Source of the DNA: Mobula hypostoma | Lineage: Eukaryota | Direction of reading: 5' to 3' | Assembly (NCBI RefSeq): GCF_963921235.1 | Contig: NC_086097.1 | Span: 111,788,001 to 111,852,000, forward strand | DNA: 64,000 bases | Notes under the pieces: model-generated | Databases searched by the model: none | What the model was told of the DNA's origin: nothing | Seen by the model: only the letters and a program-made list of their open reading frames with translations | Shown: in pieces, positions 52,601 to 64,000 of the stretch | Layout of the letters: every line of letters starts with the position of its first letter | Numbering within the stretch: position 1 is the first letter of the stretch | Program-made: the position numbers and the translations under genes

Positions 52601-54508
52601 TGAAGCCAGAGGTCGAAGAGTACTGCAGGTCGTGCATTCGACATATACCGAGGAAGACGCTGTTTATGAGGACCGCTCCGTTATCCCACTTGTAGAGTGC
52701 AGGCCACTTGATCTGATGTGTGTGTGTGTGTATTTCCTATCAATAGAGCCTGATGCCAGCAACATGGTGAGTGTCTTGGATCACAACAGCAGATATGTGC
52801 AAGCATCCAGTGCAGCCAAAGTGTTGTGGGAGAAGTAGTTTGTTTGTTGTGGCCTCCCCAGCTGGATACGTAGCGATCAGCGACGGGATTTCGAGAAGCT
52901 CATGCTTGAGTTACTGAGCATGCAGGGAGTCCCGATGTCGAGGACTATGCCTTATCACCCGCAGGGTGATCCCCAGTCCGAGAGGTTCAATTGGACCTTG
53001 CTAGATGTGCTCAGAACCTTGGAAATCAGTAAAAAGAACAAGTGGAGTCAATATATTGGACATCTGGTCCAATGCTACAGTTGTACACAGAATGAAACTA
53101 CCGGGTGCTCGCCGTACAATCTGATGTTTAGTGCAAAGGGAGACTGCCCGTTGACCTCTGTTTTGGGACAGATGGCGAAGATCTACAACAGAAGACTTAC
53201 CTGAAGTATGTGTCTGATATGAGAAGGGAGCTGAAAAAGGCTTGTGAACTAGCTGAGGCCTCGGTTATCAAGTCATATGCTAAATGTACCAGTTTTCCAG
53301 GTGAAACCAGAGGATGGGAAAGGGCCTGTCAAGACTGTCCATCAGAACCACCTTCCACCTCTGGGACAAGAGGTACGTGTTGACCCAGAGCCTGGCCTGG
53401 ACTCTTTCTAGTTAGATGACTCTGTGGCAATGTGCAGGAACCGAAGGACCAGCAGCGGGAAGGATTACACCGGACCCCACCCTGAATATGATATGGATTC
53501 GGAGAATGAGGAAATGGAGGTATATGCTGCCCTTCGCTAACTCCCAAATAATTGATGAAGAGATTCTCAACCCTCTTCACGCTGAGGTGGGTGAAATGGG
53601 GAGAACTAGCCATGGATTGGCAAGTTTGCAGATAGAAAATAATGAGAGGCTGGACTCTAGCTGGGCATTGAGGGTGAGCTCAGCCAAGTGACAAGGGGCC
53701 CTTACTTGTCGGGAGGCACAAGTAATGGACAGGCAGAAGCCTCCCCAGGTAGACAAGAAAGAGCCTAGGGAGTGTCTGAAGCTGAAGAAGTAGATGATGG
53801 GGTAAGGAGATCCCGAAGAGTCAGGAGACCCCCACACAGACTGGCCTATGTCGCACCCGGGGAACAGTGTGTGGCACCTGTCCCCTTGGTGAGCTATGTC
53901 ACTACCTTTTACACCTGGGTTGGACCTTGTGCTTTGTATGAAGGATGACAAATTATCTCAACATCATGAGGGCATAACTAATTTTGGTGGGGGGAGAGTG
54001 TAATGCCCTGGTAAAGGTTTTACTGCTAACGTAATGGTCTTTCTGTAGAAGCAGTGTTTGGGTTATGGTTAGAGAAAACAGATACTTTAGAATATGAGCT
54101 GGGTCTTTTGTTCAGCATGAGAGGGAGATAGAAGGTGCTGGAGAGAACGGGCTGTAGGATACGACCCGGTGGGGAAATCGTAATTCGATGGAGCCAGGCA
54201 GCAAGATTGACTGAGGATCGGTGAATTGAGCTCCAGCTGGTGCACATTTGACTGTTTAATTATAATGGGCTCTTTTTGTTTTTTCTTTACAAACCCTTCT
54301 AGTTAAGATTCATAAATATTAATTCCTTTAATCGTATGCAGTGTGCTGTCTGTAGTTTGTTGGCACTGAGTTGTACCAGGGCTGCAAATTGCACAGCATC
54401 CACACAAACCGAGGTTTTGAGTGGGAGAGCCATTTCAGAGTCATGGGTTTGGCGGGATTGGACTGTCTTTCCTAGACTTGCGCAGCCAAGGAAACCAGCG
54501 GGGTTTCA
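49630..54508 (+). mobile_element. Decayed, internally deleted Gypsy LTR retrotransposon with PNMA-like Gag
   Basis: LTRs 49630-50271 and 53999-54508 (TG...CA); tRNA-Pro-like PBS tgggggcttgtctaggat at 50276; PPT ggtggggggagag; Gag KGEEKYETWAEQ..LVESLRGQAADVV; RT YLDD; RNase H TDAS; IN GHLGVDETY..FYWP and PYHPQGDPQSERFN. Confidence 0.92.
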
Positions 54509-54896
54509 GTTATACATCTGAACAAGAACTGGAAGATGAAAAGCCAGGAAATTGATGTGTCTGGACAGTGAATGTTACTTCTTGTGTCTTTGTATGGGGC
54601 ATGGGTTGATGGGATTTTTGACGGATGGGAAATCAGTAAACATATCAAGAATTTGTACTTGTTAATCTTGCAATCATGTGGTCATTTGAAACACATTATT
54701 ATTATTATTATAATAATTATATTTTGTTTTCTTGGTTCAAGCTGGTAAAACCTGAAGTGCAGGCATAGCCAAGTACACCATTACTCAATTGCTTGAAACT
54801 TTCGGACTATTCTACTGGTGTTTAGTATTGTTATTTTCCAAAGATTTACATAGGCCTAGTTGTTTAATGCTATTGTGTTGTTTATTATTATTATCC

Positions 54897-55409
54897 CTTT
54901 ACTGGTCACCTCACTACAGGAAGGATGTGGAAACCATAGAAAGGGTGCAGAGGAGATTTACAAGGATGTTGCCTGGATTGGGGAGCATGCCTTATGAGAA
55001 TAGGTTGAGTGAACTCGGCCTTTTTTTGCCTTGGAGCGACGGAGGATGAGAGGTGACCTGATAGAAGCGTATAAGATGATGAGAGGCATTGATCGTGTGG
55101 ATAGTCAGAGGCTTTTTCCCAGAGCTGAAATGGCTAGCACGAGAGGGCAGAGTTTTAAAGTGCTTGGAAGTAGATACAGAGGAGATGTCAGGGTAAGTTT
55201 TTTTACGCAGAGAGTGGTGAGTGCGTGGAATGGGCTGCCGGTGACAGTGGTGGAGGCGGATACAATAGGGTCTTTTAAGACAGGTACATGGAGCTTAGAA
55301 AAATAGAGGGCTATGGGTAACCCTAGATAATTTCTAAGGTAAGGACATATTCGGCTCAGCTTTGTGGGCCGAGGGGCCTGTATTGTGCTGTAGGTTTTCT
55401 ATGTTTCTA
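54897..55409 (+). mobile_element. CR1 LINE 3' fragment
   Basis: WSPHYRKDVETIERVQRRFTRMLPG, RRMRGDLIEAYK, FFTQRVVSAWN; tail tttctatgtttcta. Confidence 0.9.
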
Positions 55410-57924
55410 CTTGTGTAAATTTTCCCTCTCGGTTCTCCTGATCTTGCCTTGCACAGAGGTTTTATCTTTTGGAGCCCACTGGTTTTGCAGGCCAAAGAAT
55501 TTCCATGTCTTCACCCCCCCCCACCCCCCAACCCCCAAGACCTCCTTAGCCTTGTATGTAACTTCCAGGATTGCAGTGAGTGTGGTATATGTGCTGATGA
55601 CTATTGTCTGCTAGTTCCATTTTAGAGTGTGCTATAAGGGTCATGACGCCTTCACTTATTCTCCCCCACCGCCTTTCCACCCAGGGGCTGTCACTGAGAT
55701 GTTAGATTAGTTCATTGTTGATGATAAAACCTGGTTGTAAAAGAGGTCTTCCTCTTCTGGATTAACCCTTCCAGAAAAGAATGTGCTGGTGGCTTGTACT
55801 TTTGACTGGTCATCTCTTGCCTATTGTGGTTCACTCAGGACAACAATGTAAATATTTCTGAGGAACCTTTAGCACTGCTGATGCATGGGTGTTTCTTAAC
55901 CCGAATCAGGGCTAAAAAATGGAGGTGAATTTATCAAGGACAGATGGGCAGTCAACACCTACTGGAATGAACATTTCAAAGAATTCTTCAGCTCTCACTC
56001 TGAAATGAGCAACGGCGACTCCTGTTTCCAGCAAACTATCAAGTCCAGCCTTGCTGCTAATCCTCACTGACAAAATGTCAAAGGCTATGTGTGGAGTAAA
56101 AACTTTTAAGGCCTTTGGATCAGCTGAAGCCCTAAAACCTGGACTGGAAATTAATTGACAAATTTATAACTCCCTTCTCTATTTGGGAAGAAGAAAATGT
56201 GCCGGGGGTTGTCAGAGATGCTGTAATCACATCCTTGCTCTGGACTGGAAATAAATGAATTACTGCTACAGAGGAGTCTCTCCCTTGACTACCACAGGGA
56301 AGGGTGTCAGCCACCTGACTATCCTAAACTGTTTTGATCAGAAAGCAAGGAGCTGCTTTTCAAATTGCTTTGTGAATTCCATCCATCTAGAGACACAATG
56401 GATGTGATCTTCACCAGGTGACATCTCTGACCGGTATAGAGAGGAAATAAACTATTTAGGTGGCCTTCCTTGACCCTGCAAAAGCCTTTCACTTTCACAA
56501 TTGAAGGAAATATGAAGCATCCTTCACAAATTTGGCTGTCTGCAGAGCTCCTTTTATTTTTGCTCGAGTTTGTTGAGGATATAGCAAGCTAAACCAATAG
56601 AGATGTGGTGTATTTGGATTTTCAGAGAGATGTGTGAAATGTAAAAGGCTGGAGCACAAAATAGTGTATTAACATAGATTGAAGTCTTGCTATTACTTAG
56701 ATGATGAAGTCAGAATAAATGGGTCTGCAAGCTGCGGGGAAAATGAGAATGACAGTGTTCGAATAATGGTCTTGGGCTCTTGATTATTCACTATCAATAT
56801 TTATTGAGGATGAATTAGAGTGTTAGGTATCCAAATCTGAGATGACGTGAGAATAGGTGAAAAGATGCTGTTAACTAAGAGCAAGCTAGATGTTTTTGTG
56901 CATGAAAAGTAAATTACAGTGCAGAAGCAACAAATAACTAAAACACGAAGTGGCAGGGGTTTGAAATGTAATAATAAAGAGGTAATTATTGCAGTTATAT
57001 GGGGTATTGTTGAGACCACACCAGGAGTACTGCATACATCTTTGCTCGTATAAATCTTTAATACAATGTCACTGTTAGGACTTCAGTGTGTCAGACTGGC
57101 AGATTTTCCAAACTACCGGATGTTGTTTGTCAAATTAAAAAAAATCTATCAATGTTTTTAAAGAAAATGACAAACAGCATCCAATAAGGGAGTAAAGGGA
57201 GCATGATAAGTGGAACACAGTGAGATTCAATTTGTATGGTGTTCCCATCTCCAGCTCTGACCCTCACGCCCAGCAAGGCAAGACTGACCTTGTAAACAGT
57301 TAGATGTGTGATGATGAGGACTTAATTGACTAATGAATGTACTGGGTACCAAGTCAGGATTTCTAATAATTAAATACTGTATTATTGCAATTTAAGCGTA
57401 CAAGCATTGGAGGCAGTTTGGAAGAGATTCAATATGCTAATTCCTATCCTGAAGAGTTGTCCTATCAGGAACAACTGATACTGGTTAGACTTGTATTCTT
57501 TGGATTTTCAAAGGATGAGGAGTGTTGATTTAGTAAGATAAAATCTTAATGGGGGCATGATGGGAACTACGATGTTATGTTCCTACTGCTGGGAGAGTCT
57601 CAGCAAGGGGGATTGTGACAAGTGGGAGTCCGTGAGATTGTTTTCTCACAGACTGGTGAACCTCTGGAATTCTGTACCCCAGATGGAGTCTGGATAGATC
57701 ACCAGAGATATTTAAAGAGGAAGTAGATAAAATTTTGAAAGGTCGGGGAACTGAGGTCTAGGCACATTGGTCATGATCATAGTGAATTGCAGAGGCAGGC
57801 TTGAGGGATTATATGGCCTTGTGTATAAGAAATTTGTTTCATGACAGTTATGCAAGATCAGTCACTGTGCAGTCGGGTATCAGGCAAGGCAGTGTCATTG
57901 CTCCAGTGTTCCTTGCAGTCTAAT

Positions 57925-60760
57925 AGACAATAGACAATAGGTGCAGGAGTAGGCCATTCAGCCCCTCGAGCCAGCACCACCATTCACTGTGATCATGGCT
58001 GATCATCCACAATTAGTACCCTTTTCCTGTGCCTTCTCCCCATATTCCTTCACTCTGCTATCTTTAAGAGCTCTAACTCTTTTTTGAAAGAATCCAGAGA
58101 ACTGGCCTCCATTGCCTTCTGAGGCAGAGCATTCCACAGAACCACAACCCTCTGTGTGAAAAAGTTTTTCCTCCACTCCGTTCTAAATTGTCTACCCCTT
58201 ATTCTTAAACTGTGGCCTCTGGTTCTGGACTCCCCCAACATCGGGAACATGTTTCCTGCCTCTAGCGTGTCCAATCTTATATGTTTCAATCAGATCCCCT
58301 CTCATCCTTCTAAATTCCAGAGTATACAACCCCAGTTGCTCCAATCTTTCAACATATGACCGTCCCTCCATCCCGGGAATTAACCTCGTGAACCTACGCT
58401 GCACTTCCTCAATAGCTAGAATGTCCTTCCTCAAATTTGGAGACCAAAACACTACACAGTATTCCAGGTGTGGTCTCACCAGGGCCCTGTACAACTGCAG
58501 AAGGACCTCTTTGCTCCTGTACTCAGTTCCCCTTGTTATGAAGGCCAGCATGCCATTAGCTTTCTTCACTGCCTGCTGTACCTGCATGCTTGCTTTCAGT
58601 GACTGATGAACAAGGACACCTAGATCTCGTTGTACTTCCCCTTTTCCTAACTTGACACCATTCAGATAGTAAACTGCCTTCCTGTTTTTGCTACCAAAGT
58701 CGATAACCTCACATTTATCCACATTAAACTGCATCTGCCATGCATCTGCCCACTCACCCAACCTGTCCAAATCACCCTACATTCTCATAACATCCTCCTC
58801 ACATTTCACACTGCTACCCTGCTTTGTGTCATCTGCAAATTTGCTAATGTTACTTTTAATCCCTTTATCTAAATCATTAATGTATATCGTAAATAGCTGT
58901 GGTCCCAGCACCGAGCATTGTAGTACCCCACTAGTCATTGCCTGCCATTCGGAAAAGGACCCATTAATCCCTACTCTTTGTTTCCTGTCTGCTAACCAAT
59001 TTTCTATCCATGTCAGTACCCTACCCCCAATACCATTTGCTCTAATTTTGCACACTAACCTCCTATGTGAGACCTTAACAAAGGCTTTCTGAAAGTCCAG
59101 GTACACTACATCCACTGGCTTTCCCATGTCCATTTTCATAGTTACATTCTCAAAAAATTTCAGAAGATTAGTGGAGCATGATTTCCCTTTGGTATATCCA
59201 TGATGACTCGGACCTATCCTGCCACTGCTATCCAAATATGCCGCTATTACATATTTTATAATTGATTCCAGCATCTTCCCCCATCACTGATGTCAGACTA
59301 ACTGGTCTGTTTTCTCTCTCCCTCCTTTCTCAAAAAGTGAGATAACATTAGCCACCCTCCAATCCGCAGGAGCCCTGAATCTGTAGAACATTGGAAAATG
59401 ATTACCAATGCGTCCACGATTTCTAGAGCCACCTCCTTAAGTACCCTGGGATGCAGACCATCAGGCCCTGGGGATTTATCACCCTTCAGTCCCAACAGTT
59501 TACCCAACACCATTTTATGCCTGATGCGAATTTCCTTCAGTTCCTCTGTTACCCTAGGTCCTCTGGCCACTATTACATCTGGGAGATTGTTTGTGTCTTC
59601 TCCAGTGAAGACAGATCCAAAGTACCTGTTCAGCTCATCTGCCATTTCCTTGTTCCCCATAATAATTTCACCCGTTTCTGTCTTCCAGGGCCCAACTTTC
59701 ATCTTAACTAATTTTTTTTCCTCTTCACATACCTAAAGAAGCTTTTATTATCCTCCTTTATATTTTTGGCTAGCTTACCTTCGTACCTCATCTTTCCCCC
59801 TTTTTAGTTATCTTCTGTTGCTCCTTAAAAGTCTCCCAATCCTCTGGCTTCCCACTCATCCTTGCTATGTTGTACCTCCTCTCTCTTATTTTTATACTGT
59901 CCTTGACTTCCCTTGTCATCCACAGTCACCCTTTACTCCCCTTAGAACTTTTCTTCCTCTTTGGAATGAACTGATCCTGCATCTCTGTATTATTCCCAGA
60001 AATATCTGCCATTGTTGTTCCACTGTCATCCCTGCTAGGGTATCTTTCCAGTCAACTTTTGCCAGCTCCTCCCTCATGTGTCCATAGTCTCCTTTGTTCA
60101 ACTGTAATACTGACACTTCCTATCTTCCCTTCTCCCTCTCAAATTGTAGATTAAAACTTATCATATTATGGTCACTACCTCCTAATAGCTCCTTTACCTT
60201 GAGTTCCGTTATTAAGTCTGACTCATTACACAACACTAAATCCAGAATTGCCTTCTCCCTGGTAGACTCTAATACAAGCTGCTCTAAGAATCCATCTCTG
60301 AGGCATTCCACAAACTCTCTTTCTTGGGGTCCAATACCAACCTGATTTTCCCAGTCTACCTGCATGTTAAAATCTCCCATAACAACCGTAGAATTACCTT
60401 TGCGACATGCCAATTTTAACTCTTGATTTAACTTGCACCCTATATCCAGGCTACTGTTTGGGGGCCTGTAGATGACTCCCATCAGGGTCTTTTTGCCCTT
60501 ACAGTTTCTCAGTTCTATCCATACTGACTCTACATCTCCTGATTCTATGTCCCCCCTCGCAAGGGACTGAATTTCATTCCTCACCAACAGAGCCACCCCA
60601 CCCCACCCCCTCTGCCCACCTGTCTGTCCTTTCGACAGGATGTATGTTCTGAATATTCATTTCCCAGCCCTGGTCCTCTTGAAGCCATGTCTCTGTTATT
60701 CCCACAACATCATACTTGCCAATTTCCAGCTGAGCCTCAAGCTCATCCACTTTATTTCTT
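57925..60760 (-). mobile_element. Long, relatively young CR1 ORF2 (endonuclease and RT) with 3' tail
   Basis: Consecutive frameshifted ORFs: YRPPNS, MGDFN, SDHN, KSPGPDGLHPRVLKE, YLDFQKAF, KFADDTK, RPHLEYC; (ctattgt)n tail. Confidence 0.93.
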
Positions 60761-61099
60761 ATACTACTTACATTATTTCTTAACGTGCTGTAATGTTGCC
60801 TATCACCTCCAATAAGCTTTGTGCTGAAATGGAGCTAATCTACAGGATAAATTGGACATTGTTCAGCCTATGTGAATGTTCTTGTCTAGATCCAAGGTTA
60901 CTGACACGTATCTGCAAGCCATTGACTAGTATAATGAGCCTTGCATTTCACATCTGCAAAACAAACCAACTACTATCTACTAACCTTGCTACAGTGGTGC
61001 AAAACCATCCTCCAATGATAAAAGACCTGAACCAGACACACTATAAGTTCAGAGCTACCTCTCAGTAAATGTATACATTAAAAGGGATGGGGACTTTTA

Positions 61100-62822
61100 T
61101 CATCAATGCTCCAGCACAGCCCTAGGTTCCTCTATGATCTTTGTCTCAGAAACTGATGCTAGAACATCCTTCAAGAGGATGAGCCCTCACGGTGCTCAAG
61201 AGGAACGTGGTGAACTTCCTCAAGACTATCACCTAGTAGCTGTCACCCTTACTGTGATGAAGTGCTTTGAGATGTCGATTGTTAGTATTTGCTCCTTTCT
61301 AAGCAAAGGCCTGGACACACTACAATTTGCCTATTGCCACGACAGGTCTACATTGGATGCAATCACACTGGCTTTCCACTGGGCTTTGGACCACCTGTAC
61401 ATAAGCAATACCTACATCAGGCTGATGCTTATTGATTAAAACTCAGTGTTTAACACAATCATCCCCTCAATATTAATCAACAAGCTTCAAAATCTGTGCC
61501 TCCTTCTGCAAATGGATCCTTGACTTCCTCATCTGGGGACCATAGTTGGTGCAAATCAGTCATAAAACTTCCTCCTCACTAGTAATCAACATGGGTGCAC
61601 CTCAAAGATGGCTCAAACGCCCTATCCACTGTTGTTGGCAGAATCTCAATTGCTATACAGCATACAGGAGCAAATAAGATCAGCTGGTCAAGTGGTGTTG
61701 CAACAATAACCTTGCATTTCATGTTAGCGAGACCAAAACCAACAACTGATTTATGGATGTTAGGAAAGAGAAGTTGGAAAAACATGCACCAGTCTTCAGT
61801 GGAAAAGGTCAATGTCTATGCTGAGTGAGGCCTCCGTCAGTCAAGGTTGACCATGGATGTTGCATGGTAGCTATGTAGATGTGCAAGCCTGGGCAGTACA
61901 ATATGGAAAGCAAGCCTTTGCCCATGTAGCTATCTTCCCTTCTCCATGCATCTGATGAACCCAAAGGAACAGCAGAGACTGATACAGTTTGGTGCCAGCA
62001 GCTTTGCAGGAATTTGCCACTTAGTTTTGAACTCGACGTAGGACTGTCTTAGGGACTCCAGCTTCAGATTTTTCCCTCAGGGCTTACTCCTGAAGCCCTC
62101 CCCATGAGTGGGTATCACTGCAAGGCAGTGGAGGTTTGAGATCAGAGTTTTCCTTCTAGCTGAGCTGCCAACCATGGCTGACGAGCCTCATTTATCCAAA
62201 GGAACTGGTTTTAAGGTGCCAGTAACCCGCCTTTGCCCCTTCTATCAGTAGAAACGGTTCCGCCGGGAATAGTAGTTAAGCCACATGTGAAAGCCATGAG
62301 GTAGACTTGGTTGTCAGAGGCTATTTGTGGTGCATGCCATGGGAGCATTTAATAGGTAGTGGGAGCTTAACCCCTGGCTATAACAACCTTAAGATCTATG
62401 CTAGACCTGCCATATTGATACAATCAGGATGAAGGTATGCCAGCAGTTATTCTTCATTAGGAATTTGAGGAGATTTGGTATGTCACAAAGACTAGAAAAT
62501 TTCCTCAGATGTATTGTGGAGAGCATTCTAACTAGTTGCATTACTGTCTAGTATGGAGCCGCCAGAGCACAGGATTATAAGAGGCTTCAGATGGTTGTAG
62601 ACCGAGCGGCATCTTTCATTAAAGACTCACCATCCAGGACATGCCTTCTTCTCATACCATCATGGTAAACATCCTGAAGGCCCTCATTTGATGTTATAGG
62701 AAGAGCTTCTGAAGAACCCATGAACATTACCTCACAATTCCTCTTTTGCAATATTTATTTATTCTTATTGTAACTTGTAGTAATTTGTCATTCCTGCACT
62801 GTACTGCAGTCATAAAACAACA
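61100..62822 (+). mobile_element. Decayed Rex1/Babar LINE with a nested ~570-bp retroposon (61823-62394)
   Basis: VMKCFE, LQFAYCHDRSTLDAI, RLMLID; the nested insert is flanked by tctatgct (61815-61822, 62395-62402). Confidence 0.7.
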
Positions 62823-62940
62823 AATTTTATGATTTATGTCAGTGACAATAAATATGATTCTGAGAACTGATCTGTAACTGCTGCTCTTTTGTGCCACTTT
62901 GAGAAGAACTCAGTTGTTTTTTTTTTATTATGTTTGTAAG

Positions 62941-63073
62941 GTCTTTTGAAACCCATTTATCAAGAGTTGAAGCAGAACTACTACGAAGGGAGGCTCCACC
63001 ATCCTATGGTCAGTTGATTGCACAAGGCTTGATTCCTCCAGTGGAAGATTTCCCAGTGTGTTCATCAAGTCAG
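62941..63073 (+). CDS. LRP12: LRP12 exon 6 (133 bp; juxtamembrane cytoplasmic tail)
   Basis: T-rich tract then tttgtaag|GTCT ... AGTCAG|gtaata. Translates (R)SFETHLSRVEAELLRREAPPSYGQLIAQGLIPPVEDFPVCSSSQ, in phase with exon 5. Confidence 0.95.
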
Positions 63074-64000
63074 GTAATATCTTAACTGATTCTTATTTGT
63101 ATTTACACACTGCAGCTGTAAGCTGTGCTGTTTCAGTTATGATAATGTATATGAATAAAATTAAAGGCTATAAAAGCCTACCTTTGATTCTAATAATATG
63201 AATCATGATCTTATTTGTAATCCTAGGAAGCATCACTGGAACCAAGTTTTTTTTTCACTAGATCTTTGCTTTGCCTAATGACTATGTATTTAGTCACTGT
63301 TCTTATTGCTAGTTACCTATACTAGTTATCACAACCCCATCAGGGGTTGGTTCCATCCTGATTATAGGTTTAGGATAAAACTGATGATGAGATAGAGGAG
63401 GATTTCGGATATAAGAGAGTTATCAATGAGTGGCTTTATTTGCATGTGAATTGGAGTTGGGGTGTTATAGCATGGTCATGTTAATAATTCAATAACTGGG
63501 TAGTGCTTGTTTCTACTAGCTTGCTTAGTTTCCCACCTGGGTGTTACGGATGCCGACAGCATGATAAAATTGGACATAAGGCTGAGGGGGGGAAAAGTCA
63601 TTGGCAAACCAAGATCATTCTGAATTGGCTTAACCCCTACTTCAAACATGGATTTGGTCAGGGGAAGATTTATTACATTCCCAAGAATGGGATCATTGAG
63701 TCATAAACAGTCTGCTGGAAGAACTTAGTGGGAGAAAAGGAATTGTTGACGTTTCGGGTTGAAACCCTGCATCTGTACTCCAAGGGATCTGTAATATTGG
63801 CTTCAGCTATTGGTTTAACTTCTCCCACCTGATGTCAGGATTAATTTGAAAGATTTTGAGCTAGTGCCAGGAGGTAGCTTGGAATCATAGAATTGTTATA
63901 GTACAGGAGGCAACCATTTAGGTTTGTATTGCCTTTTAATACCATTTCTCTTCTGCAAATTAATTTTCCTTCTCAATGGGCAAGTTACAGGTTTAAATCA

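Noticed and set aside
49625..54513. TSD for the Gypsy element
   Set aside because: Flanks gggat and gttat do not match well enough to call.
1..64000. Prokaryotic systems (CRISPR arrays, operons, defence islands)
   Set aside because: The sequence is an intron-rich vertebrate locus; no regularly spaced repeat-spacer array or operon-like ORF packing was seen.

Overview
Eukaryotic (vertebrate) DNA. The repeat content suggests a cartilaginous fish, probably a ray, but that is inference. The whole window lies inside one + strand host gene, LRP12 (CUB and LDL-receptor class A domains, single transmembrane segment). Five coding exons (2-6) with GT-AG boundaries and compatible phases are visible; exon 1 and the last exon lie outside the window. 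The very large introns are filled with mostly decayed, often nested mobile elements: CR1, Rex1/Babar, RTE-like and Nimb/I-like LINEs, SINEs, Tc1, pogo/Tigger-like and hAT DNA transposons, a non-autonomous Helitron, two Gypsy-type LTR elements and a decayed endogenous retrovirus pol gene. The most notable items are: (1) Penelope-like element ends carrying a minimal hammerhead-ribozyme motif that repeatedly inserted as near-perfect palindromes with 12-14 bp target duplications, one of which also copied flanking host DNA in inverted orientation; (2) an ERV pol with an unusual mix of spuma/loki-like RT motifs and gamma/epsilon-like RNase H and integrase motifs; (3) a one-ended Gmr1-type LTR insertion flanked by a ~510 bp direct duplication. 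All family assignments come from motif recognition by eye, not database searches.
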